From the IMG/VR virus record IMGVR_UViG_3300020601_000005: a DNA stretch of 64,000 bases; one strand, 5' to 3'. Position numbers and translations under genes: made by a program. This document shows positions 34,642 through 46,500 of the stretch, one piece after another (the stretch's first letter is position 1; the number at the start of each line of letters is the position of its first letter). Below the pieces are notes generated by a model. The model was not told where the DNA came from and ran no database searches. It saw nothing but the letters and a program-made list of their open reading frames with translations. Source of the stretch: a virus.

Positions 34642-37424
34642 TGGCTAAAGTCAAATCATCTAACCTCTTTAGTAGACAGATACCCGAGAATATCCGCTCG
34701 GAGTATCCTCAATTCGTTGAGTTTATCAAAGCGTATTATCAGTTCTTACAGGAGTCTCAAGGTCAACAGCTCGAGAGTATCCGTGACGTTAATACTACGT
34801 TAGATGCATTCGTTGAGAAATTCAAGAATGAGGTAGCTAAGGACATTCCTATCAGTATGACTGAGGATCCACGTGAATATTTACGTAGGGTTCGTGAGTT
34901 TTACTTGACTCGTGGTTCAGAAGCCTCATTTAAGTTTTTATTCAATACATTATTTAAAAAAGAAGCACAAATTGTATATCCGTCAACCCAGATTCTTAGA
35001 GTATCTGACGGAAAATGGAAACAAGATGTATCGTGCTTCTTAATACCGGATGAAAGCTCTGGATTAAATCCTACCACCGGTAATCAAGACCTATTTAAAT
35101 TTAATCAGGCTTTTGCCACTATCACCACAAGTAAAAAATCATTTACAACATATGTTGAACGTGTGCAATTGTATGATGCTGAAACATATGAGTTATTCAT
35201 TCAACGAGACTATAGTGATGAGATCGAAGTTGGATCAGTCTTCTCTGTTGAAATTGACGGAGTCGCATATAGTGGTGTTGTTCAAAAGTGTCCATCAAAG
35301 TTAACGATCGATAAAGCAGGCTCAAATTTTAAAGTCGGCGATATCTTCTTCCTAAAGACTGAAAGAGGTCGCGGATGCGAGATTAAGATAACTAAGGTTG
35401 GTACCAATGGCGAAATCCGAGATCTTCAGGTTGTTGCGTTTGGTTTAGATTATGATAATACATTCTACTCCTATCTTTCTTCTGAATACGATACCGCATG
35501 GGAGTATTTCCATCCTATTAGTGAACTAATTAGAAATGGATCCGTGGCGTTTTCTTCTCCTGGTTATACTGAACAAAATTTAGGATTCATCGAATACGGT
35601 TATGCTTATAAGCAGTCCTATATGTCGTATGATTCACTATATGGAGCCGAAGGAAATAAGAACTTTTTCGTGACTGGTGACTATGTTGCTGAACCGGTTG
35701 CACAGTTCTACGAGGATAATAGTAGACGCTCAGAGATAGAAGATATCTCATCTATAGCTGTTATTAAGATTGAACTAGGTGCTGTTGCTAAGTATCCTGG
35801 TTACTATGAGACTCAGGACGGATTTATTTCAGACGAGATGTACATCCATGATGGAAGTTACTATCAGGTTTATTCGTATGTAATTAAAGTTGAAGAGCAA
35901 CTAGACAAGTATAGAAGTTTAATTAAGAACTTATTACATCCTGCCGGTATGAAATACTTTGCCGAGTACTCTATTCATAGAGACTTGGTTGTATCTTTCG
36001 AAGAGAAGATCTTCAAGCGTTTGTTTGCGCTATCTTCATTTATCGCCATGAGCGATCAAGGTACACAGTACACATATACAGAATGGGACTTAAACTTTGG
36101 AGAAGATGGTAGATTTACATACGCATCTCCAGCAGTAGGTTCTCCAATTTATGCTGTTAACAAACCATACAGCGTACAAATTAAGCCGTTATACACAACT
36201 GCAAATTTAGAAGAGAATTTCTCCAAAGGATTTGTGCTTGATAATTTTAGTAGTACATTAGATGCTCCGACCGACGAGTCAAACAATAGCTTCAACAAGA
36301 TTTACGACATTGATAGTTTGACTGCTGTTCAGAGTAATGCTGCATTCTCTATTGATCGTATATTCTTAGATACTGCGCCAATTACGGAGACTGTGGGTAA
36401 AGGGTTCTCATCTCCGCCGGTACAAGATGATATGTATTCTAGTGATCTATCTTCAAATAGCTTCACTAAATCTGCAGATTCATCAGTAGCATCTTCAGAG
36501 ATTATTAATAGCAAAGTACTCGTTAGATATAACTACGATACCGCAACCACAAGTAACGTGGTTGGTAAATATTTTAATAGAGCCAATATAGATTCTTACG
36601 CATCTGCTGCAGATGCGTCGTCTTTGTTATTTGCTCCTAAATATTATTCATACTCGACTACATCTGATACTGATCTGTATTCAATGAATAAAGCTTTGTC
36701 ATCAGAATCAGTAGTTTCTGATGAATTTGCTAGGGTTGTTGATGCAAAACGGTATTTAGCTAGCGTTATAAACATGTTAGATAATGGTAAGGAATTTGAC
36801 ATCGAACGTGCATTTGATGATTCGGCCACTGCGGATTCAGTATATGCATTGTTTAAACCATTCTTCTTTACCGATTCTAATACAACTGCGGATGTCAGCA
36901 GTTTAAATTATGGATTAAACCCGCTAGATATTGTGGGTGCAATTGAGACGGCATTTGGTCGACGACCATATAAAAATATTGATGATTCTATTGTATCTTC
37001 TGAATATCTAAGATGGGAAAGAGATTACAATTTTGTTGAAGATGTCAATTTGGCAGATCTAATCGGCAAATCATTCCCGATTAATAAAGTTGACTCAATT
37101 ACATTATTAGAATATATAGGCGCATTATTCTTTGTTAAGGGATTCAATGATACTATTACCACAGACGAAGCATTTATCTTTGCTCGTGGTATTATTATGG
37201 ATCCTGATTTTGTCAATATCCTGGATCAGTATGGAAGCGAGTTTGAGTTCGGTAAACAAGAATCCATCGGAATTCTAGATCTAGTATCTCCAATACCATT
37301 TGATAAGGATATAACTGAAACAATAAATAATAATGATTATGGACAAATTACTTTTAACCCGTACAGTATAGAAGGTTATTTTGCTGAGACGGGATCAATC
37401 CAGTCGGGAACGACTTTCACGTAA
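34641..37424 (+). CDS. Baseplate wedge protein gp7-like with acidic repeat C-terminus
   Basis: F.EF.KAYY, FY..RG...SF..LF, SDGKW, YYQ.YSYVIK and HPAGMK motifs. Confidence 0.8.
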   Translation: MAKVKSSNLFSRQIPENIRSEYPQFVEFIKAYYQFLQESQGQQLESIRDVNTTLDAFVEKFKNEVAKDIPISMTEDPREYLRRVREFYLTRGSEASFKFLFNTLFKKEAQIVYPSTQILRVSDGKWKQDVSCFLIPDESSGLNPTTGNQDLFKFNQAFATITTSKKSFTTYVERVQLYDAETYELFIQRDYSDEIEVGSVFSVEIDGVAYSGVVQKCPSKLTIDKAGSNFKVGDIFFLKTERGRGCEIKITKVGTNGEIRDLQVVAFGLDYDNTFYSYLSSEYDTAWEYFHPISELIRNGSVAFSSPGYTEQNLGFIEYGYAYKQSYMSYDSLYGAEGNKNFFVTGDYVAEPVAQFYEDNSRRSEIEDISSIAVIKIELGAVAKYPGYYETQDGFISDEMYIHDGSYYQVYSYVIKVEEQLDKYRSLIKNLLHPAGMKYFAEYSIHRDLVVSFEEKIFKRLFALSSFIAMSDQGTQYTYTEWDLNFGEDGRFTYASPAVGSPIYAVNKPYSVQIKPLYTTANLEENFSKGFVLDNFSSTLDAPTDESNNSFNKIYDIDSLTAVQSNAAFSIDRIFLDTAPITETVGKGFSSPPVQDDMYSSDLSSNSFTKSADSSVASSEIINSKVLVRYNYDTATTSNVVGKYFNRANIDSYASAADASSLLFAPKYYSYSTTSDTDLYSMNKALSSESVVSDEFARVVDAKRYLASVINMLDNGKEFDIERAFDDSATADSVYALFKPFFFTDSNTTADVSSLNYGLNPLDIVGAIETAFGRRPYKNIDDSIVSSEYLRWERDYNFVEDVNLADLIGKSFPINKVDSITLLEYIGALFFVKGFNDTITTDEAFIFARGIIMDPDFVNILDQYGSEFEFGKQESIGILDLVSPIPFDKDITETINNNDYGQITFNPYSIEGYFAETGSIQSGTTFT

Positions 37425-37439
37425 AATAGGAGAAATCAA

Positions 37440-37916
37440 ATGATTTTCAAAAAATCCGGAGTCGAATTAGACGGCTCTCTTTCAGTCGTTACGCGCGATG
37501 CCTCAGGCAAAGTGACTAACGAAATCTACGTCCCTAACCTAGTTGTTGTGGTCGGTAAGCAATATATTGCCAGCCGTATGATTGACAACAGTGCTGCGGT
37601 TATGGAATTTATGGCATTGGGTACAGACGATTCATTGTCTTCTGATGATACCGTTACAGCATTGCAAGCCGAAGTTGCACTATCTGGATACTCACGCGTT
37701 CAGGCTAGCGTAAACCAAGTTGGTACAGATAGCAACCAAGTTGAGTATGTTGCTACATTCGCGCCAGGTAATCCAGGTTCTGATGCTGCGTTGGTTGAAG
37801 CTGGTATTTTTGATGCCACAACTTCAGGTAACATGCTTTGCCGTACGACTTTCCCAATCGTTACTAAGCAAGCTGGTGATACAATCACCATCACTTGGAC
37901 TATCACAATCAACTAA
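37440..37916 (+). CDS. Putative virion structural protein
   Basis: NLVV..G, EAGIF, ML.RT.F and ITWTI motifs; SD AGGAG. Confidence 0.75.
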   Translation: MIFKKSGVELDGSLSVVTRDASGKVTNEIYVPNLVVVVGKQYIASRMIDNSAAVMEFMALGTDDSLSSDDTVTALQAEVALSGYSRVQASVNQVGTDSNQVEYVATFAPGNPGSDAALVEAGIFDATTSGNMLCRTTFPIVTKQAGDTITITWTITIN

Positions 37917-37934
37917 TTGATCGAGCGCTGAATA

Positions 37935-40553
37935 ATGGCCACTTCTATCCTAAAATCCACTTTTAGAACAAATCTTGTTAAATCGTTGCTATTCGAAATC
38001 ATTTCGAAGACTTCGCGTTACCACTATGTGTTCGGACGCAAGCAGCGGTGGCCAGCAATCGCAGATCCAGATACGGGGGAATCAATTTCTAGTGAATTTA
38101 ATCCCCCGTCTGTTAGCGACTCATTTCCATATGAGCTAGAGGCGAGAAATGATATTATCTTTTCTAAAGCTTTAGATGCTAACGATGTGGCAGCAGTTAT
38201 CGAACGCTATGATTGGTCTTCAAACATTGTTTATGACATGTATGACGAATATAGTGCAGATAATGTTGCAGCTTCAGGTGCCACATCATTAGCAACTGCA
38301 ATTTTCTATGTAGTTACTGACGAATATAACGTATATAAATGTCTCGATAATAATCGTGGCGCAAACTCTACAGTTAAGCCTACAGGCACTGCTAGAGAAC
38401 CTCAAGAGTTATCTGATGGATATATTTGGAAATACATGTATACCATCCCAATTTATCTACGTAACAAGTTCATGACGTCTTCAGTTATTCCTGTTGCCAC
38501 GTCATTGACCACGCAATTCTACTCTAACGGTAGTATTACTAGATACACGATCCAAAACCGTGGTAGTGATTATGTACGCAGAGATTCATACTCGGTTGAG
38601 AAATTAGTTCCGGTCCGTGGTGGATCTGGATACTCTGATGGCGACTTGGATATTACGTTCCCATTTCCACCTGAACAGGCAGTGGCAACTATTTCAGCAA
38701 ACGTTGACGGAACACTAGACCAGGCATCAATTGTTATTGGAAACAGTGGACACCGTTATAATGACCTATCTGCTCCATTAGTTACAATTAGTGCTCCAGA
38801 TGAAGTTGGTGGTACTCAGGCATTAGCATACGCAACTGTTGTTGATGGCGATGTTACCGCAATCACATTATCTGAAGTTGGTAGCGGCTATACACAAAAC
38901 CCGTTAATTACAATTGAAGTCCCACCTGGTGGAGTTTCAGAAGGTATTAAAGTTAGAGCCGTGGTTGATGCAATCGTTATCATTAATGGTACGGTTGAGC
39001 GAATCATCATGCAGAATTCTGGAGCAGGTTATACTACTCCACCGGTCCCAATTATCACTGGCGAAAACGGTTCTGATTTTGAAGTCAAGCCGTATTATAT
39101 AAAAGACACATTCACTGATATCGTGGTTGATGGAGATGGATATATCCCCGATAATCCGTACAGTATCAATAGTATCACTATTGAAGATGGTGGTATATTC
39201 ACTACAAAACCTGCCGGTGAAACGTTAATTACTTTCCCTAATCCAAACATTGCTGGAACAAGACCTGTTGTTAAGGTTGAATTTGGTACGATATTGGATG
39301 AAGGCGTTACGAAGTACACAGTAACTGATGTACATATTATAGATCCAGGACAAGGTTATACTTCTCCATTTTATTGGAGATCAAGTACCGCTAGGAATAA
39401 TGTCACATCAGATGCATTAACTACAGCTCCTAACGTTGAAGCTCCATTAATACTAAACCTTAACGTTGAAGCACAGCGCAATAATGCTCAATTTGCTCCT
39501 CTGATTAATAACTCAGGTGAAATCGAAGCTATTCTAGTAAATGAACCTGGTGCAGCATACACATATGCTACATTAAACGTGGTGTCTAAAATTACAACAG
39601 AGACTGGCGTCAAAACACTTGGATCTGATATTGTTGCATCGCATCCTAATTTCAGTCAAGCTACAATTCAAACTGACTTTAATGTGGGTAGTATTGACAG
39701 TAAGCAATCTGATGTAGAACTTGGTGCAATCGATGGCGCAATCTATGCGTGTAGAATTGTATCAGGAGGAAATGGATTTAGTTCAAATACAGTATTAACC
39801 GTTGATGGCGACGGATCTGGTTGTGAGCTAGTTCCAACTATTGGTCCTGGTGGTTCAATTATTGATGTTGCGGTAACCAATCCAGGTAAAAATTATAAGA
39901 GTGCATCTGTCGTGATTACTGGAAACGGTAGTGGTGCTCAGATTGTACCAATTATTGCTCCTAAGGGAGGGCATGGTAAAGATGCCATCGATGAATTGTA
40001 TGCTAGTACGTTATTATTCTCAAGCAAAATTTACAATGAGAAGATTAATAATCTAGTTCCACTGACATCAGGCTATCGCCGTGTTGCTATGTTGAAAAAT
40101 ATTCGTGAATATTCTTCAGATTCAATCTACCAAAATGCGACGGGTACTTCTCTAATTACATGTATCATTTCTAAAAATGATGTAAACATAGCTTCAGTAT
40201 CTAATATAAATATATCACTAGATCAATATTTGTATTTTGGTGATTATGCTAATGAATTTTTAATTGTTGAAAAGTACGAGACGGATGATAGTTATCATTT
40301 GTTAGTATTACCAACAAACACTTCTTATGTTCCAATTGCCGGTAGTTCTCTATCGCTATTTAAAACTTCAGAAGGTGCGTATAAAATTGATTCGTCATCG
40401 ACGATAAGCAATAGATATAACATGAGTATCACCGGTGTTATATCCCCAAATATCAATAAATACTCTGGAGAGATGATCTATCTTGAAAATAGAACTTCAT
40501 TCTCAGCTTCTGAAGACCAAGCAGTAGCAATTTCAACATCTATTAAATTCTAA
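37935..40553 (+). CDS. gp8: Baseplate wedge protein gp8-like, enlarged
   Basis: YVVT.E.NVYKCLDN, DGYIWKYMY, P.GGHG and YSGE..Y.ENR motifs; internal GSGY repeats. Confidence 0.85.
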   Translation: MATSILKSTFRTNLVKSLLFEIISKTSRYHYVFGRKQRWPAIADPDTGESISSEFNPPSVSDSFPYELEARNDIIFSKALDANDVAAVIERYDWSSNIVYDMYDEYSADNVAASGATSLATAIFYVVTDEYNVYKCLDNNRGANSTVKPTGTAREPQELSDGYIWKYMYTIPIYLRNKFMTSSVIPVATSLTTQFYSNGSITRYTIQNRGSDYVRRDSYSVEKLVPVRGGSGYSDGDLDITFPFPPEQAVATISANVDGTLDQASIVIGNSGHRYNDLSAPLVTISAPDEVGGTQALAYATVVDGDVTAITLSEVGSGYTQNPLITIEVPPGGVSEGIKVRAVVDAIVIINGTVERIIMQNSGAGYTTPPVPIITGENGSDFEVKPYYIKDTFTDIVVDGDGYIPDNPYSINSITIEDGGIFTTKPAGETLITFPNPNIAGTRPVVKVEFGTILDEGVTKYTVTDVHIIDPGQGYTSPFYWRSSTARNNVTSDALTTAPNVEAPLILNLNVEAQRNNAQFAPLINNSGEIEAILVNEPGAAYTYATLNVVSKITTETGVKTLGSDIVASHPNFSQATIQTDFNVGSIDSKQSDVELGAIDGAIYACRIVSGGNGFSSNTVLTVDGDGSGCELVPTIGPGGSIIDVAVTNPGKNYKSASVVITGNGSGAQIVPIIAPKGGHGKDAIDELYASTLLFSSKIYNEKINNLVPLTSGYRRVAMLKNIREYSSDSIYQNATGTSLITCIISKNDVNIASVSNINISLDQYLYFGDYANEFLIVEKYETDDSYHLLVLPTNTSYVPIAGSSLSLFKTSEGAYKIDSSSTISNRYNMSITGVISPNINKYSGEMIYLENRTSFSASEDQAVAISTSIKF

Positions 40554-40565
40554 TAAGAGAGTAAT

Positions 40566-43500
40566 ATGGCAATCGACTTCAACACTGAACCGTTTTTTGA
40601 TGATTATAACGAAGACAAGAAATTCTATAGAATTCTGTTTAGACCAGGTACTGCTGTACAGGCTCGTGAATTAACTCAGTTGCAGACTATTCTCCAAGAG
40701 CAAATTAAGCGCCATGGAGATCATATCTTTAAAGAAGGTTCGATGATCATTCCTGGTCAGGTTGCCTATGATTTAGATGTTAGCTATGTTAAGTTGAAAG
40801 ATGACCCTACGGTTGACTTTGCTGCTACGTTTGCCGCAATGAAAGACCAGATCATTCAGGATAGTAATGGTACATTAGCCAAGGTCATCGACTATACTCT
40901 GTCCGAAGCAAACTCAGAAGGCACGATTGAACCTAATACATTGTTTGTTAAGTTCGTTGCTTCAGGTTCAGATGAACTAGGCAATCCACTATCTGAATTC
41001 TCTCCTAATGAACAATTAACTTTGATTGATGGTTCAACTCCGTATAATATCTTTGTAGATGATCCGGATGAAATCCAGGCGGCCATTGTTGGAAAAGCAG
41101 GTATCGCTTCTGTTCAGCGTGGTGTATATTACATTCGTGGTCACTTTGTATTAGTTCCTGAACAGTCAATCATATTAGACAAATACAGTAATACTCCAAG
41201 CTATCGCATTGGTCTTCAGCTAGTTGAAGAAGTTATTTACCCAGAATCAGATGAATCATTATTGGATAATGCTTTAGGCTCTCCTAACTATTCTGCGCCA
41301 GGTGCCGCTCGATACTTTATCGACTTACAATTGACAAAATTGTCATTGACCACTACCGCGGATACTGATTTCATCGATCTATTGAGATTGTCAAATGGCC
41401 GTGTTATTTTCAAGGTAGAAAGAACCGAATACGCAGAAATTGAAAAGACACTAGCTCGTAGAACGTTTGACGAGTCTGGCGATTATACATTATCTCCATT
41501 CCCAATTAAACCACGTGACTACCGCAGTAACGATCGTGGTGGATGGTCTGCCGCAGAAAAATATATTTTTGGCGACATGATTAGTATCATCACGAATGGT
41601 ATTAACCTAAATTACTTCATGTGTACAGATGATGGCACATCAGATGCTGCCACTGAGCCTACATGGAGCACGACTGCAGCATCCATTAGCGACGGTACCA
41701 CGACATGGGAGTATATGCCTTACCCAATCTTTAATGATGGCGTATATAAATTCGAGTCTGGTCAATACGACTTCACATTGGATGACCACAATCGTCTAGC
41801 GGCTATGGTTGCATACGCAATTGAGCCAAGTAAAGCCTATGTTAAAGGTTACGAGATTAGCAAGATTACAACTGAATATGTACCGGCGTTTAAGTCACGA
41901 TACATTCCAGCAGGAAGTAATAACTTATGTGATTACTTTGGCGTTGAACACGGCTCATTAGTTGAAATTGATCAATCAGTCTCTGCCGAAAAGACCGCAA
42001 CATTGGACCTATCTATGGGTTCATATGTTATTGCTGAAAATCTTTTATTTGCACCAGATCTATCCACCTTTGAGAAAGTTACATTGCGCAATGTTGCACT
42101 TTCTAGTGGTACAATTGGTAGCACTAGCTCTGTCATCGGTACGGCTCGTGTCCGCGGTCTAGAGTTACATGATAAAGGCGCAACTGTTGCTGAAGACCAA
42201 TACAAAGTATTCTTGTTTGACATCCAAATGAATGGATTAAACACATTTGATCAGGTTGCTGCCATCTATGATAGCTCTACTAAATTCAAGTGTGACATGG
42301 TTGCCGGAGTTGATAACTTTACGGTGCTAAATGATCCAAATAATTTCTCTTTGATTCACCAATTACCTGATTATGCAATCAAAGAAGTTATTGAAGCTAA
42401 TTACGACGTTGTTTACCCATTAACAATTACTGGTACAGAACAAATCGTCAGTCCTCCAGCAGGATTCTCTTTTGACTCAGTGAGTGGCATTGGTAACTAT
42501 GTACTTATCATGAAGTCAGGCGGTTCAGAAAACGGTTCTTACATTGAATATAATACTTCTGGCCAACCGCAAATTGCTATTAATGGTTCAGGACAATTGG
42601 AAGTTACCGCTCTAGAATCAAGCGTGGTTTACACTCTATTTGCAACGCTTATTTCTAATGGAAATAGTGGATTTAGCACTGCATTATCTATCCCTGAGGA
42701 TAGGGTAGATTATTTCATGACTGAAGAATTGGCTGCTCCAGTTTCTAGGGTTCTAACTTTACAGAAATCGTATGTTGCCCGATTGATTTCTGTTATGCAA
42801 GATACAGGCGACTTTGATAATCCAACCGGAACTTACGGAGTAGACATCACTAACCGCTACACGCTAGATAGCGGCCAACGTGATACACATATTTCCGTTG
42901 GTAAACTATCATTGGCACCAAATGCTCCAGCCCCGACTGCACCGCTTAAGGTAACATATGAATATATTATGCCATCTGGTGATTCAGGCGGCAAGCTATT
43001 CACTGTTGATTCATATATAGCAGAAAATTCTAATATCTCATATGCCAGCATTCCTAGCTTTAGCTTAAATCAATTAAGAGACTGCTTAGACTTTAGACCA
43101 TATGCATTAGATTCTGCTAATACATTCTATACACGTTTCATGCCTAAATTTGGCAGAAATGCAGTATTCAAGTATCATGCATACTTAGCTCGTGTCGACT
43201 GTTTGTCTTTGAACACGAAGGGTCAATATGTAGTTTCATACGGCATTCCTGATGATATTAATCCTCAAGAGCCAACAATTCCAACCGAAGCAATGAAGCT
43301 AGCGGTAGTGAACGTTGAACCATACACATTCTCTAGCGACGGCCTAGAAGTAAGTCGTGTTGAAAACAAACGTTACACCATGCGCGATATCGGTAAGCTA
43401 GAGCGTCGAATTAAAGATCTAGAATATTACACATCGTTGTCTATGCTAGAAGCTGATACCAGCAACATGCGTATTGTCGATTCAAATGGACTTGATAGAT

Positions 43501-46500
43501 TCCAGAACGGTTTCTTGGTAGATACATTTGATGGACAAGGTATTGGTAACACTGCTTCTAATGAATGGAATGCATCAATCGATTCTAAGAAGAAAGAATT
43601 GCGCCCATTCTTTGCTCAAAGACAAGTTGATTTGTTAGAAAACGTAGATAAAGCAACACGTGATTACTCCATCTTAGGTGACATCATCACGATGCCAATT
43701 TCTTCTGAAATTGACATGATTAGTCAATTACGTGCAAGTAAAGACATCTCAGTTAACCCATATGATTTGTTTACCTTTAAAGGTATCATGTACTTGAACC
43801 CATGGTCAGACACATGGTTCTCTACAGATCGTCGTCCAGATATTATTATCAACGACGATGGTCAATATAACGCGTTGGTTGCTAAAGCTGAATCCGATGG
43901 AGTATTGGGTAGTGTTTGGAATGCATGGCAACTAGTATCTCAGGGCGAACCAGTTACAATTGGCAGTAAACTAGATGTTATTTCTAGCAATGCTCAAAGT
44001 AATAGATTTGCAAAAATTGATACTGATTTGATTAACTCCGGTGGTAGTGGCGTTGGTAATGGTCCATATTGGAGATCACGTGCGTCATTTACATCTGAAG
44101 AATTAGGTGCGATTGGATTAAATCCAGCTCAAGCAGGAAATTGGGGATACTTAAGATCATCAACTGCTTCTTCAGTTGCAGGTTCACGCGTGTTGACAAT
44201 TGAAACTGATGCAGTGGAAACAATCAGCTCACGTTCAGGTAAGAGAACATTTATTGAGGATAAGATCGACTCAAGAGTTGTTGATGACAAGGTTGTGGAA
44301 ACACGCGTTGTTCCATATATCCGTCCAAGAGCGGTTCTATTTACCGCTAGCGGCTTGAAGCCATCCACAGAAGTTAATGGTTTCTTTGATGGTATTAAAG
44401 TTGATCAGTATATTACACGTGCACAAACTATTCGTGTTCAGTTAATCACTGGTTACGGAAGCACATTCGATACTGCAAGAAACTGTGGTTCAGACGTTTC
44501 TAAAATAGAACGTTTGATCGAACAACCAGCCTATGGTCAAGGCACAATTAATGTTGTTAATAACTCAACCGCTGTTGTTGGTTATACTACAGGATTTTTG
44601 AGTGAATTCATCGCGACAGACTTTATCATCATCGATGGTACTGAATATCGTATTGCTGAAGTTACCGATAATACAAACTTAGTATTGGAAACTCCGTATA
44701 CTGGACAAACTGCAGACGAGATTGCATATAAACGTCGAATTCCAGGCGTTGCAAACTCTGAAGTTGAAGTTGCGTTTAACCACGGCGAAGTCATTCGCGA
44801 TAGTGTAACTGGTGCAACAGCCATCGTCGTTGGACAAGAAGCGCATAAGATCAATGCAACAACTACACATTATTACCTACATATTTTAAACATTAAAAAG
44901 GGAAATAGCAGTAGCGCCTTTAGTACAGCATCAGCTGCATTCTTAGAAGGACAGTATACAAATACTGATGGCAACGGTGGAAGAAAGCCACGTGTTAAGT
45001 ATGTTAATACACCGAGCGCAGAAAATCCAGCTAGAAAAATTAAAACTTCATTGACAGGTCAGTTGCATGGTATCTTTAGAATTCCAAATAACCCTAAAGA
45101 TCGTTTTAGAACTGGCGTGCGTGAGTTAGTATTCACCGATTCTGGAAATCCTAAAGAAAGCGGAAATACTAGCACTACCGCAGTATACGAAGCAAACGGC
45201 GTGGTTACAGTTAAACAGCGTACCGTGATTTCTACTAGAACTGGTTCACTGAAGGTTGAAGACTTAGATCCAGAAAGCAATGCAATCATCACAACAACTG
45301 ATAGATTAACGCGTGACACCGGATGGTTTGACCCATTGGCTCAGACATTTATGGTTCAAGAAGAAGGAGGAGCGTTTATCTCCTCAGTCGATTTGTTCTT
45401 CTCTGCCGTTGATACTAACATTCCAGTTCGTATCGAGATTCGTGAAGTTGTTAACGGTTATCCAGGTCAGATTGTTTTACCATTCTCTAGAGTGTTTAAG
45501 AAACCTGCTGATGTGTATACATCCGCAACTGGTACAGTGGCAACAACGTTCAGATTTGAATCACCGGTGTACGTGCAAGAAGGTACTGAATATGCTTTGG
45601 TTGTCTTGTCAGACTCTGCTGCATTCCGTGTGCACATTGCAGAAACTGGTGCAGAAGATTACAACGGCAATAAGATTTCGTCTCAGCCATATAATGGCGT
45701 TTTCTTCAAATCACAGAATGCTTCCACTTGGACCGCATCTCAGATGGAAGATTTGAAATTTGTGATGAAAAAATCACAGTTTACTTCAGGAACATACGAA
45801 GTTGAATTGGTTCCGCCTAAGACAAACTTGAGAAACTTGGATTACCATCCATTTGCGTTTGTACAGGGTTCTAAGAAAGTTCGCGTTGCCCATAGAAACC
45901 ATGGTTTTGTAGTTGGAGAAACTGTCGAGATCTCAACTCGCCAGACTATCACTGATATTAATGGTTTCTTAGCTGCTGATATATTCAAGACCCATACAAT
46001 CATTTCCGCAGAAGAAGATTCATATGTGATTGAATTGACATCTTCTGCAACTGCTGCTGATGCAACTGGTCGCGAAGGTGGAGCATACATATACGCAACA
46101 GAGAATTATGAATTCTCTACGGCAATGTTGAATGCGGCAGTTACAGCAGTTTCAGGTACATCAATTAGTTATGTTCTTAAAACTGTAGATCATGCCGGTC
46201 AGTCTTACTTCAATACATTAGTTAATGGAGAAAACACTAGCTTTAATACACCACGTGTATTAACACACTCTCTAGAAAATACTACTGATGTTGTTGTAAC
46301 TGCAAAACTAAGTAGCACAAATCCTAACGTATCTCCAGTCTTAGACGTAGGTAGAATTGCGCTAACGATGGTTAATAACAAGGTTGATAGTCCGCGTGCA
46401 TTGACAGTAAATGATCCAGATTTGGACGAGTACATCTTGGCCAATACTACCACGATCAATGATACTACTGCGCCAATGAGTTTGACTGGTACTAATACGA

